A DNA stretch of 64,000 bases from NCBI GenBank assembly GCA_965153355.1, contig OZ231126.1, positions 26,722,001-26,786,000 of the forward strand. Reading direction: 5' to 3'. Numbering within the stretch: the first letter of the stretch is position 1; each line of letters begins with the position of its first letter. Source of the DNA: Flaccisagitta enflata. Lineage: Eukaryota. The notes beneath the pieces were generated by a model that was not told where the DNA came from, searched no databases, and saw only the letters and a program-made list of their open reading frames with translations. The position numbers and the translations under genes were made by a program. Below are positions 1 through 15,164 of the stretch, one piece after another.

Positions 1-767
1 ATTTTTTTCAAAAAATTCAAAAATTTGATTGGGGGCGAGTTCAAAGAAAAAACAGAAAAAAAGAACGTCGGTTTTTCTTTTACTTTTTAAGTATGAAAAA
101 GGCCGTAACTTCTAAACTATTGATGCGATTGTCCTGAAATTTGAAATACTAGCTGACGTCATGCTTCTCGACATACGTGCTAAAAATCTCGATTGTGAAC
201 TGTCGTAAAGTTGGGCGCACTTCTTTGCCTACTTTGGCGTTGTCGTGGATACTTTCTTTCCTTTGACTTACACTTGTCATTGGTCGTTTCGTTCTTATAT
301 ATATATATATATATATATATGTCTAATGTCTAAATCACAAAATTCATTCATTCTCAAACAGCATACATTCGAAGAAAAAAACTGTTCATTTATGGAGGGC
401 GCATCGTTGGTCTACTTGCTCTTGTTTCTAATTTTAAATGCCTCATCGACTTTGGACGCCGATATGCGATTCATGCTGCCGCTAATCGCGCGTCTGGGGA
501 AAACCATGCAACTCAAACTGATCATGTCGTGTACACCGTCGAATATTCCATGAAGTAATCCTCTATTCTATCCATTAATCAATCGAGCCATAAAACAAGG
601 ACGGCTTAAGACATAAGATATATTCATGTTGATAATAAAAAGTACATTAGAAAACATGTTCAACACGAAAAATTGCTATATGTAACTAGTGACTAAGGAG
701 ATTAGTTTGACTTTGAGGAGTATTTGTCATTACATGAATCAATCAGCTCGAGAGTTGGAATGTGTAG

Positions 768-2208
<1,441 letters not shown>

Positions 2209-2721
2209 TTGTTCGTTTAGTTTTTAAAATTTCGACAATTCCGATTAAGAGCACGACGGGAAAAAAAGTCGAACCAGGACTCTCATCAAGGAGGAATACA
2301 ACTCTACTGGACAGTTGTTCAGACGACTTCTAAGCTGAGATTTTTTTTGACTGATCAGTCAATGAATTCGTTCTGTGAGCTGAGATTTGCTTTCTCATAC
2401 AATCTTGATTCATGACTCGTCACCCCTCGGCCCCCCTTGGTCCACCCCCCCCCCGATCCACCCCTCAGCTCGGCCCATCTCTCGATTCAATTCCCCCTCC
2501 TTTCTGCCAATGCATGACAATTGATAAAATCGAACTCCGTGTCGTTTTCACCCACGCTTAACGCGCTTGACGAAAGACTGCGATCGTAGCCTTACAGCTA
2601 ACGTTAAAGCTAACTCTATCTTAAACATTTTCTATCTTTCTATCTTTCTTTCTGGCTTTCTGCCTATCTGTCTCTTTCGTTCATTCTCTCCATTTCATTT
2701 ATTATTTTTTGTTTCTTTCCG

Positions 2722-2752
<31 letters not shown>

Positions 2753-2945
2753 CTCTTTCTTTCTTTCTTTCCGAAAAATAACAATAGTTTGCCGAATTTC
2801 TTCCTTTCTGTCTTTCTTTCAGGAGCGCTTTCTTTTCTTCTTGCTTTCTCTCTTTCTTTCTTTTTTTCTGTCTTGCTTTCTTTATATTTTCAGTCTGATC
2901 TGCTTGCATCTGTCTGTCTGTCTCTCTGTCTCTCTCCATATCTGT

Positions 2946-3034
<89 letters not shown>

Positions 3035-3347
3035 GCTCATCTCCCTGGGGCCACGTTCTATGCAGTGTTCCGCTCCACGTCTCATCCCATCAACCTCCCA
3101 GGTTTCCAATCTTTCAATCACCACCTGCCATCCTCATCCTTCTCACACGCCCCTCCTCTTATCTCGATCCTACCGATCCCCAAAGTGTTCTCAGACTTTG
3201 ATTTGCTGTCGAGTATTCTCATGCGTATCATGCGCAAGCGCGGAGTGCATTTATAATGTGCCTGTGTCACAATCTCGCTCGAGAAATCGAAACTACTCAT
3301 GCGTTCAATTACCACTTGCGTGATTTTAACACCCCCGCGCGCGCAGA

Positions 3348-3411
<64 letters not shown>

Positions 3412-4005
3412 GGGTGTGTGTGTTTGTGTGTGTGCAGACATTTAGATTCTTCCATTCCATTGACTTCGCGGAGGAAAGTTATTGGGACAAAAATATAAAC
3501 CATTACCTAGAGATAACAGCTTTTGTTTGAAAATGTTATTAAGTATGTTTAGATTACACCCATATATGGTTTAGCCTGCAATTATCTAAGGCCAATTTTT
3601 TGCTCATAAAGTCAGTAAGTTCAACATTTTGGAGGCACCTAATTGACAAAATTTGTTTTCTATCTTTGATTGGAAGCCTGATCTTCCAATTGATTTGTTT
3701 TTAGAACAGAGAAAAAACATAAGTGGGGAATGAACGAGTAGTGAGTGACAAAAAAGATAAAATCAGGACATGAAGTGAAAAAGTGAGTGACGACTGACAT
3801 AAAATTTGGTAGGTGATTTTAGGGAAAAACGAGTGACGAGTGACGAGTGAAAAGCGAAAATGATGAAGCAAAGGGACATTTTAGAAAGGACATTTGAGAG
3901 GGACTTTCTTAGTTTGAAACATCGAAAAAGGACGATCTACGGGGGGGGGCATTTTTTGAGGGACATAAAAAAGGGACATTTTTTACCTTAATCGAACAAC
4001 AACTC

Positions 4006-4042
4006 AACAACTCAACAACGACAACGACAACAACAACAACAA

Positions 4043-4079
<37 letters not shown>

Positions 4080-4124
4080 AACAACAACAACAACAACAAC
4101 AACCACAACACCAACAACAACCAT

Positions 4125-4210
<86 letters not shown>
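4006..4210. repeat. (CAA)n microsatellite
   Basis: Direct sequence; explains the poly-V/L/C ORFs. Confidence 0.95.
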
Positions 4211-5110
4211 CTACAATGAAAAGTTAAGTGACGCGGGGTCACAACATCGTTGCGGACGGGTGAGTAAGAGCGGGCAACCCCAATCCACACCCTTCCGCCC
4301 CCCCCCCCCCACACACACACACAAAACACAACCGCAGTATCTGAAATGCACTTTTTCACACTTTTCAACTCAATCATCACGAACCAACGCGACGGAGGGA
4401 CCGACGGGCGGACCGACGGGCGGACCTACGGACGGATCGACAAAGCCTCCCATAGAGTTGCGTGTCCGCAACTTAAAATGGGACGACAGGTACCGCTGAC
4501 CACATGATGCTTTTGCGACCATTAAGTCTACTTCATCACTTCCCCTGCCCAACCGCATGCCGCACACGTCTTGAGTAGCCTTGTATCCGGCCTTGTTAAT
4601 AGGGTATGATGAAATGTAACAACGGTATAGTACAGGAAAAGGGAGCATTGCTATAGACAGCCCTGTTCATCTAGATTACAAAAATATAATTCTTATTTCA
4701 CAACTCAACCGAAATTGCAATTAAGAGCCAATTCCCTGACGGCTATCACGATCAGCGTCACAGAGATTCCCCTTTCCGTAACGCGCAGCAGCCTTTTCTC
4801 TGACCGCCGCGCTGCCGCTGCTGCTGCTGCTCCGGAGGTATCGCCTGCTGACTGAACTGTTGCCGGCTGCATGCGCGCGACTCGGTGCCTGTTTTCTCCT
4901 TCTTTTAGCGCGAAGCTACGTTGTTTTCTACAAAAATTTACGTGTTTACCTCGAATATATTGTGATAATTATCGTTTTGAGATTATCAAAAGCAAATTGC
5001 GCATTGACAACCCGTTGTTCGTAGTCCGTGTGCTGATACAATTGTTTTTGTTCGTGAGAATAAAAGAAAGCAAGAAAGAGAGAGAGAGAGAGAGGAAGAA
5101 ATAAAGGAAG

Positions 5111-5153
<43 letters not shown>

Positions 5154-5315
5154 AGGCGAAAAAGAAAGAAAAAGAAGAAAGAAAGAGTGAAAAGAGAGTA
5201 AAAGAGTAAAAGAAAGAGATATAAAGAAAGAGATTTAAAGAAAGAGATTGAAAGACAGAAAAAAAGAAAAAGATAGTAAGAAAAAGAGAGAGATAGGAAG
5301 AGTGATAGAAAGAAG

Positions 5316-5681
5316 ATGGGGGATTCTTCTTCTGGTATTTTTGATTTTCGCGGGGATCAATACCCAACAAATGACGAGGTTCACAGGTATGCGTTGTCCC
5401 GCAAAGGAAAGGGTAATCAGTCAGTGATTATTCGAGAGATGGCAAGCAAAATTCGTTCCATTTGGAATAGTGGTGATGGTTGCCCTCTCTCAGTGAAATC
5501 AATCATTGACAGATATCATAAGCTGGTGAAAGAGCGCAAGGCCTATCTGGCTCCCATAGCATATCCCAAGAAACAGTCTGACCCTGAACCCTCGAGTTTT
5601 ACCAAAAAGCACCGGCATCCAAGTGGTGGGAGGGAAAAATCACAGACAAACCAAATCTCTTTATCGTGCCCCCAGAGATGA
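5316..5681 (+). CDS. N-terminal segment of the transposase, out of frame with the main ORF
   Basis: ATG-initiated 121-aa ORF (YPTNDEVHRY...KIRSIWNSG...SIIDRYHKL) overlapping the 1093-aa ORF in another frame. The long ORF has no early ATG start (called from GTG). Confidence 0.6.
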   Translation: MGDSSSGIFDFRGDQYPTNDEVHRYALSRKGKGNQSVIIREMASKIRSIWNSGDGCPLSVKSIIDRYHKLVKERKAYLAPIAYPKKQSDPEPSSFTKKHRHPSGGREKSQTNQISLSCPQR

Positions 5682-8600
5682 GCTTAATGAGCCGCCCCCT
5701 GAGATTTCAATATGTCAAGCAGAACCCTCTTGTAGCAATTCTGTAGACAACCCTCCCAAACGAGTTAGGTTGAGTGAGAGACATATTGAGACTCCTGAAC
5801 AGAAATGGATGAAAGAAATTGGGAGTCAGCTTTTTGATATTCACAGCAAAGAAGAAGTCGAAAAGGCTAGGCAAGGTGGAAAATGCTTCGATGAGGAATT
5901 TCTGGCAGATCAGAGAGGTGAGCGAGTTCTGTACATAGAAAAATCAAAGGTCACCCCTGAGTTTTTGGAATGTCAAAAGCAACGAGAGCTTCGATTGTTG
6001 CGTCAGAAACAAAATTACCAAAGTGCAATTGGTAACCTCACCTTTTCCCCTGATTATGAGGCAGACTCAGAGGATGAATGTGATGTTCTGTGTGACAATG
6101 AAGTGAGGATGGATGAGCCAGATTTCATCTCAGCTGTGAGAACAAGATCAGCAAGGGTGGTCGATATGTCATCATGTTTAGAAGCTTGTGCTAAACGAAA
6201 TGTGGGCATTCAGGTTGATTCCGTTGATTTTTTCCCTCAAGTCAGTACTCGCACAACCCCCAAAAAGCAGTCTGGCACTTCTTGTCAATTAAATCCAAAG
6301 TTACTTGCCGCTGGGTCCCTCCTCATGGGTGTAGTTGGTCTGTCTACTAGGCAAGCTTTGCTGAGCATTAAGACAGTGGCAAATGTTCTGTTTGGACAAA
6401 ACTACATCCTTCCCCCGTCTATGGAAAGGGATTATCAAAAGCGGATGAAAAATCGACGCAAATTGGCAAAAATGAATGTCACTGCCCCAACCTCTGCTGA
6501 CATTGGCCATGACATAGAAGCCACACGTCAAGCTGTCAAAGATGTTATTTGTGCTGAAACCTCTGATGAAGTTGTAAGTGATCCTTTGGATGAAGCTGCT
6601 AGTTTGCCTGAGCTGGATGATGATGATACTTTGGATCTTATTAATGTTGAAGAGAGATCAATCTCATCTGAGGGTGCAAAAAACACTCTTTCCCGGATGC
6701 TCTGTTCTCCTAGCACACTTCGTACAGCTCACCATCTTGTGAGTACTTTGGGAGAGCAACAGCAAGCACTGGAAATGATTGAAAACCAACATGTCAACCT
6801 TATCCCTGATGGTACTGCACGTCAGGGAGGCTGGGGTAAAATGGCTGGGGCAGTTTGCAAGGTTGGTGATAAGTATCGATCTCTTAAGCTGCAAACACTT
6901 GGTAGCGAAACACATGATTCCTGGGTTGGTACTCTTGTCCACATGTTAAAGCGACTCTCATTGGCTTCTGGTCAGGATGTTTCTGAGATTTGGAAGAGCA
7001 TTATGGTTATGGTTTCAGACATGTGTAAAGTAAATATGAATTTGGCTGTTGATGTTGCAAAAGTTCTTGGTTGCTGCTGGGTACCTGGTCAGGCCTATTG
7101 TAATCTGCATCCCAGGTTGATGATGTCAAGGATGGTTGTTGAGGTTTGGAAGAAGCACCAGTCTCTGATTGGGCATGATAAACTATTTCCAAGCTTAGAA
7201 TACTGCAACCTTGACATGTCAAGTGATTCTCTGATCAAGCAGGTTCTTGATGCACTGATGAGTTTTGTCTCTCAAAGGTATGCAGAACGATCATGGAACA
7301 AGTACCATGAATTCACGGAGTGTCTTAGCCGCAAGGGTTTGAAAAATGAAACTGGGCCTCTACGAGAGATCCGGTTTGGTGAACTGGAGGCAAAAGCTCT
7401 TACTGGAGCCTACCACCTGGATCACATTGATCAATTCCTTCAAGTTCACTCAGAAGTGAGAAACAAATTGTCTTGTTTCTTGCGAAGTGTATTTCCATTG
7501 AAAGATTTGATCTACTTCTATTTGGTAGGTGCAGCTCTTGTTGGCATTCACATTGGAGAACCATATGTCAATTTGCTGATGGTGAAAAAGGCAAAGATGA
7601 GCGAATTGATAGAAGTTTTTCCCAAACTTCACAAGGAGCTTCAGGAGCCCCCTCATGCATTCACCCAGTTGAGATGTCCTGCAATCCCTTGCTTGGCAAA
7701 CTCCTGGTTGGATCCTTTTGACAAATCTGATCCCCCTTATCCCAAAACTCAAGTGGATTTCTTAGCAAGCTTTTTACAGAGGACAGACACTAAGTGTCTG
7801 GAACTTTATTGCAGAGAGATCTCAAAAGAAATTGCTACTGGTTTTAAACGCCAGAAGGGGGATATTTTTGGTTTTGGAGATGGATGTCACCCTCAGCTAA
7901 ACATTTTGAACCAAGTTGCTGAGGAAGATTTGGACAAAATTGAAACAACTTCAATTGCAGTTGAGCAATACTTTGGAGAAGTTGACTACAAGACAAAGAT
8001 TTCTGGGGGGTGCCAGGCAAAAGGTAAAATCTGTGATGATTTGGTTATCAAGCATACAGAAGATTTGATAACTAAACACTTTGACAAACATGGGTATGCC
8101 CTTAAACCTTTTAAACCTGTGGCCAAAGAGCTTGATGAGTTGCAGTTTCAATTTGACAAAAAACAAGCTGATCTCATGGCCCAAGGGTTGAGGGATGATG
8201 AGGTGGTTGTTCTTTCAAAAGAATCCCAGGTTCAGAGAGTTGTGAGACAGTGCAAGGAAAGCCATGGAGGACCAATACATTCTGTTAAGGAGTTGGAAAA
8301 GCTTATCAATGAAAAGCGATCAGAGAAGGCATTAGCATCAGCTTTGAACTATGAAATTCGCTACAGGAAGTTCACATGTCTTCTGAAAGTGGCTACCAAT
8401 AATGAGCTTTTTAAACAGCAAGGTATTGATAACAAACAAAGGATAGTTCATTTGAGGCAGCTGTTGAATGATGACACAAAACCGAAGTGCCATGCATCTA
8501 TGAGTGACATTGAAGCTATTTATGAACAATTGAGTGAGAGTGATGGCTGTTGTCCACTTCCACCAGTGGAGGAAGAGTCAGATGAAGTTGACTTGTTGAG

Positions 8601-8904
8601 TGGCTTTTGGCCCTTACAGGCAGAAGAGCAAATAGTAGTTTTGTCAGATAAGGGGTTTCTTGTTGCAACAGTGGACAAATGTAATGAGTCAAAGGTGGAT
8701 GTACGTTGCATGAGGACTGAATCTTTAAGAGGTTACCCTGATAAAAGTGTGTGGGTAGCAGATCCCTTAGCTGGCCTAGTTTCAGTTCCTAAGGAGTCAG
8801 TGGTGAGGGTGAGGCCCTTGCTGGAGATAAAAGGATCAAGTAGAAGAAATTTGAAGTTTATTCTCACTAATCTTGAGTTGATTCAGAAGATTTGCAGTGT
8901 TTGA
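5623..8904 (+). CDS. DDE transposase, hAT-like RNase H fold with CxxH motif
   Basis: 1093-aa uninterrupted ORF between the TIRs. Candidate catalytic residues: LIPDGT, MVSDMC and VEQYFG. YCNLHP (CxxH) follows the second Asp, and EIRFG lies in the insertion region. Confidence 0.85.
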   Translation: MVGGKNHRQTKSLYRAPRDELNEPPPEISICQAEPSCSNSVDNPPKRVRLSERHIETPEQKWMKEIGSQLFDIHSKEEVEKARQGGKCFDEEFLADQRGERVLYIEKSKVTPEFLECQKQRELRLLRQKQNYQSAIGNLTFSPDYEADSEDECDVLCDNEVRMDEPDFISAVRTRSARVVDMSSCLEACAKRNVGIQVDSVDFFPQVSTRTTPKKQSGTSCQLNPKLLAAGSLLMGVVGLSTRQALLSIKTVANVLFGQNYILPPSMERDYQKRMKNRRKLAKMNVTAPTSADIGHDIEATRQAVKDVICAETSDEVVSDPLDEAASLPELDDDDTLDLINVEERSISSEGAKNTLSRMLCSPSTLRTAHHLVSTLGEQQQALEMIENQHVNLIPDGTARQGGWGKMAGAVCKVGDKYRSLKLQTLGSETHDSWVGTLVHMLKRLSLASGQDVSEIWKSIMVMVSDMCKVNMNLAVDVAKVLGCCWVPGQAYCNLHPRLMMSRMVVEVWKKHQSLIGHDKLFPSLEYCNLDMSSDSLIKQVLDALMSFVSQRYAERSWNKYHEFTECLSRKGLKNETGPLREIRFGELEAKALTGAYHLDHIDQFLQVHSEVRNKLSCFLRSVFPLKDLIYFYLVGAALVGIHIGEPYVNLLMVKKAKMSELIEVFPKLHKELQEPPHAFTQLRCPAIPCLANSWLDPFDKSDPPYPKTQVDFLASFLQRTDTKCLELYCREISKEIATGFKRQKGDIFGFGDGCHPQLNILNQVAEEDLDKIETTSIAVEQYFGEVDYKTKISGGCQAKGKICDDLVIKHTEDLITKHFDKHGYALKPFKPVAKELDELQFQFDKKQADLMAQGLRDDEVVVLSKESQVQRVVRQCKESHGGPIHSVKELEKLINEKRSEKALASALNYEIRYRKFTCLLKVATNNELFKQQGIDNKQRIVHLRQLLNDDTKPKCHASMSDIEAIYEQLSESDGCCPLPPVEEESDEVDLLSGFWPLQAEEQIVVLSDKGFLVATVDKCNESKVDVRCMRTESLRGYPDKSVWVADPLAGLVSVPKESVVRVRPLLEIKGSSRRNLKFILTNLELIQKICSV

Positions 8905-9011
8905 TACAATGAACCCTTTGTTGTCTTGAACCTTATCAAACTGTTATGTCATTAGTTTTTATTCATGAGTTTGGATTTATACAGTTTAGAGCAAGCCACT
9001 GTATAGATTGA

Positions 9012-9272
9012 GGTAGGGCCAGCAGCTGTTAAAGGGAAGGGCCAGAATTGGAAAGGGTGTAGGGCCAGCAGCTGAATGGATGTAGGGCCAGCACTTGGGA
9101 CTGGTCAGCAAATGGGACTGGTCAGCATATGGGACTGGTCAGCAGTTTTGGCTGGCCAGCAGTTGTGGCTGACCAGCAGTTGTGACTGGTCAGTAGTTGT
9201 GGCTGACCAGCAGTTGTGGCTGACCAGCAGCTGTGGCTGGTTGACTCCATTCAGTGTTTAATGGCTGGTTGA
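9012..9272. repeat. Degenerate ~18-bp minisatellite (TGTGGCTGACCAGCAGT-like) in the transposon 3' region
   Basis: Repeated GGCTGACCAGCAG / GGACTGGTCAGCA / AGGGCCAGCA units. Confidence 0.8.
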
Positions 9273-10412
9273 CACTCTTTCATTACGCTTTTTATTCTTT
9301 ATAAGAACGTTATTTTATGGCCTTTATAAGAGATAGAGATAACAACTAATGGCCTTCAAAAGAGATAGAGATAACAACTAATGAAATAACTACGATGTTC
9401 TTAATTTTAGAGCAATTTCAAGCCTTGATGTTCTTATAAACTAGGTTCTTATAAAAAATAAAAAATGTAATAGATTGCTGGATAACCTTTAACATTTTTC
9501 TGGGCTGGTTGACCTCAAGGCACAGGTGGCTCATCTAACCCTGAATGACATAGATTTTTGCAACTTTCGATGATAGCTATGCATTTCATAACTAATTTGT
9601 GGTTCTTTTTTGCAGGTGCTTGAGCTTAAGCTTGAGCTTCATTGATTGTAATAGCACATAAGGTCCATGTTTTGGATTTTATATTTCATGGCTATCATGA
9701 TCAGTGGGGTTGCAGGCTAAGCAAATCTTCCGCCGAATAATGTTGGATTGAGGAAAGTAAACCATGCATCTTTTCCGACTTTATTATGTGTAGCACTGTC
9801 AAAAACATTCATTTTCTACAAAGCAAAGCATTTAAACTATTGGTTTTACTAATCAATTCAACCTCTGGTTCTAAAAGTAGCTAGAATGAGACTAAATGAT
9901 ACCTGTACATTGTGGGTTCTTTTTAAATTTTCGCGATTTTTCGCGAATTTGCCGGTTTTTTGACGCTGGTGACATCATACCGTAAATATGCCCTTAATTG
10001 CAATTTCTATGACTTAGCAACAAAAGGACTGTTGGTTTCTCACCTACATACATGTATATTTGAGAAAATATGCTCCCTTTTTATGCCTCATTACCTAGTT
10101 GCAATTACTCATCCTTCCAAGACACCCTATTGTTAATATTCTTTGTTTTTTCCTCGCTTGTCTGTTTCCTCTGTTCTTTTTTTTTCTTCCATCGCGTTCT
10201 GGAACTCTCGCGCCTTTTGTCTAATTTGGTTTAACGCCTGGTGCCAGCTGTTCCGTGTCGCACTCACTAGGCGGCGCTAGAGGTCCCTTTTCTCGGCATT
10301 GATTTCCCTCGTCGCTGCGGCTGCCGTGGCAACGTCACCAGAGGGCGAAAATCGAGACTTGTCTCCCTTCAGCCACTCCACAATTGAGGAAGGCAACGCC
10401 AGGCGTGCACGA

Positions 10413-10604
10413 ACCAAGGTCGGATACACGGCTACCCACGTCGCGTGCGGGTGGGAAGGGGCAGTGACGAAAAAGGCTAACCGAGCATTTGGGCAGGAGC
10501 AGTAATGCAACAACCATCTGTAAACGCCGAAAAAGCCATGTGTCACGTGATCACGGACCGACCGACAGACCTACCAACGGTCCATCCCACGTGCACGCGA
10601 CTAG
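10413..10604. mobile_element. DINE-1/Helentron-like short non-autonomous element
   Basis: Shares the end AAGG(T/C)CGGATACACGGCTACC, (GACC/GACG)n units and the terminal ..CGTGCACGCGACTA motif with copies at 22754, 41644 and 42802. Confidence 0.6.
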
Positions 10605-11169
10605 AAATATCGAAGGTGCGTAGGGTATAAGATTACGGGGCGCGGTAGAGAAGATGGAAGGTTTAGAGCGCGGAGGTACGTAGTATAGTAAAGTAGGGTA
10701 GCCTGGAATCCGGCCTAGTATCTTTTTTCTTACGGCGACTAGCCGCTTTTATTGGTATATCATATTCTCGGAATTCGGGTTCTTAGAGTTAAATCCCGCT
10801 CTTACGGACTTCTAAGGACAAATATTGCTTTCCTGTTTAAGGCGGAATTCTATTATTGGCTTTATTGCCCACATAGAGAACGAATTGAGAGGTGAAAGGT
10901 GAATAAAGCGTTTTGTTCTTACTCTAAGTAGTAGACCATTAACTTGCTTAGGTATAGACAGCAGCCTTTAAACATTCCATCGATAAATTTGTTGAGACAA
11001 GCGTCGAAGATTAACGATGGTGGATAGGAGATGGGGCCGATAATGGGAGGTGGGGGGGGGCGCTGGATGATGGAGCGAGGGGTAAGGAATAGAGGAAGAG
11101 GTGGTGGAGTAGAGAAGAAGCAAATTTCACAATGGAGATTTGGAGACATAGTTTCTGCTTTGAGTAGAG

Positions 11170-12915
<1,746 letters not shown>

Positions 12916-13928
12916 AAGATAGGACAGCAAGTAAGATTTAACTAAAAACGGTGATATGGTTTATGGCAGATATGTGTATGTTGGCACACAGTCAATCTCA
13001 ATTTTGACCCGGGTTTGTCTGGGGAAAGTAAGTGACAGCGGGGTGAGGTAAGATGGGTAGAATCCTAAGAGGGGAAAAAATTGTTGGAAAGACGCTTTAT
13101 ATTCACATCATCATCACAATCAAAAATGATCCTCAAAATCAATTCAGCACTTGAAGCAGAAAACAAGAGATTGACGAAGAGGAAAGAGCTTAAGAGGAGG
13201 GGGAATAGGAGAGAAAAGAGGAAGAAGAAGAGAAGGAAGAGGAATCTCCACGTGAGATCATGAATTTGCGCAATGTGTGAAAAAATGATGGAATTGGATA
13301 AGAATAATCTGAGATTTAATCGACGAAATCTGGTTTGAGGGCGATAAGGTCGTCAAGGCAGAACAAAGACAAGGAAAGAAGGAGGAAGAGGAAGCAGAGG
13401 AGAGGGAGGATGAAGAGAAGAATAATGGAGGAATACAGAAAATCAAGCGTAATGATGGAGGGAAAAGGTTTTGTGATAGAGATGGAGAAATCTACGACAG
13501 CACCGCTTTACTGTAGATACATTATTCAATAATAAAGATTTCGTGTTCCAAGAATCACGGGAACAAGACGTTAGGATTTAGTCAACTTTCTCCACGACGA
13601 AAGTTTAATGGAAATAGTTTATTGGAAATTGTGGAGAGAAAAAAGATAACATGGGCAAGGGGGGGGGGGTTGGAAGGGGGGAGGGTTGGAAGGGGGGGAG
13701 GGTTGGAAGGGGGTGGAGATCGCTTCGTGATGATGATTCCTTTCACTTCTCTCGCTTTGTCAAAAGTAAACCGCCAAAATGTGTTTGATAGTGAAAGGCC
13801 CTGGTAATCATCCAGACAAATGGACAATTACAAAACACGGACATACGGTTCTCCAATTACAGGGACACATACGAGGACGCAGCTTTGTAGCGAACAGAAT
13901 TTGGGACAAAGAAATAAGGGGACGTGGA

Positions 13929-14545
13929 CATTACGCTAAGGAGAATACACTTCTTTTCATGCAGGGACCCAGAGGAGGGCCCAGATTTCTTTTATTTGAT
14001 GTAACTAATGTATTCAAAAAATTTCAGGACCATAGCCGTTCTCAAACAATCATCATATTGCACCTGAAAAATAGCTCATTGTTAAGGGGGCTAAAATTTC
14101 AAAATCATTTTTCCTCAAATCTGATGCCAGATTCAGATTCCTTGTAAAAAATTATGTCAGATACTATATTTTCTTTTTTCAAAATTTTGATTTTAAGCTG
14201 AAAAAATGCAAAAAACCTCCAAAAATAAGGGTTTTTAAAAAACAAGGTCTTTTTAGAGGTTTTTTGCATTTTTTCAGCTTAAAAACAAAATTTTGAGAAA
14301 AAAAACACAGTATCTGACATAATTTTTTACAAGGAATCAGAGTCTGGCATCAGTTTTGAGGTGAAATGATTTTGAATTTTTGGTCCCCTTAAGGATGAGT
14401 CATTTTATAGGTGCAATATGATGAAGGTTCAAGAACATCTATGGTCCTAAAATCTTTAGAATACATTTGTTACATCAAAATGAAAAAATCTGGGCCCTCC
14501 TCTGGGTCCCTGCATAAAAAAAAGTGTATTCTCCTCAGCGTAGTG
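13929..14545. mobile_element. Foldback MITE with CACTA-like termini and 2-bp TSD
   Basis: CATTACGCTAAGGAGAATACAC... / ...GTGTATTCTCCTCAGCGTAGTG. The arms are complementary almost to the centre (~14240). GA is duplicated at 13927-13928 and 14546-14547. Confidence 0.8.
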
Positions 14546-14989
14546 GACACACAGTTAAGCATGGGAGGGACATATGCGAGGACATATGGTAGTGGACAGA
14601 ATTTGGGACAAACAAATAAGAGGACACAGACACACGGTCATTCATGTATAGTGACACATGCGCGAGGACGAAGATTTTTAGTGGACAGTCTATGGGACAA
14701 AGTGAGTAAAGGACGCGGACATATGGTTCTCCATGTAGTGGGACAGCCTATGGAACAACGAACTAAGGGGAGGTGCAAGAGAAAGGAGGGACAAGAAAGA
14801 GGAAGTGGAGGAGGAGCAGTAAGTTTGAGGATGGATAAGGATAAAGAAGGTGACGTGTCGTAAGAGGATAAGTCGGTTTTACGAGATGAACTCTCTTGAC
14901 GCCGATAAAAAAGGGGAAAGAAGTCCGAATTTTGATGAGGGTAAATGAAGGAGGTGGAGGAAGAGGATGGGAGGGTGAAGGAGATGTCA

Positions 14990-15055
14990 GAAGAAGAAGA
15001 AGCAGAAAAAGGAGAGGAAAAAGAAAAAGAAGTGGAAAAAGAAAAAGAGGAGGAA

Positions 15056-15090
<35 letters not shown>

Positions 15091-15133
15091 AGAAGAAGAA
15101 GAAGAAGAAGAAGAAGAAGAAGAAGAAGAAGAA

Positions 15134-15164
<31 letters not shown>

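Larger units (their letters stand above)
4600..10129 (+). mobile_element. Autonomous-type hAT-like DNA transposon (possibly hATw-like), 5.5 kb
   Basis: Termini TAGGGT (4600) and ACCCTA (10129) are flanked by a direct repeat TTGTTAA (4593-4599, 10130-10136). Subterminal inverted blocks: AAAAGGGAGCAT 4637-4648 / 10070-10081, GAAATTGCAATTAAG 4711-4725 / 9993-10007, CAGCGTCA 4753-4760 / 9961-9968. A long transposase ORF lies inside. Confidence 0.85.

Noticed and set aside
245-553. 102-aa ORF left of calcineurin B
   Set aside because: It spans a (TA)n tract and has no recognisable motif on either strand.
6301-8711. Short antisense and alternate-frame ORFs inside the transposase
   Set aside because: Shadow ORFs of the long coding region.
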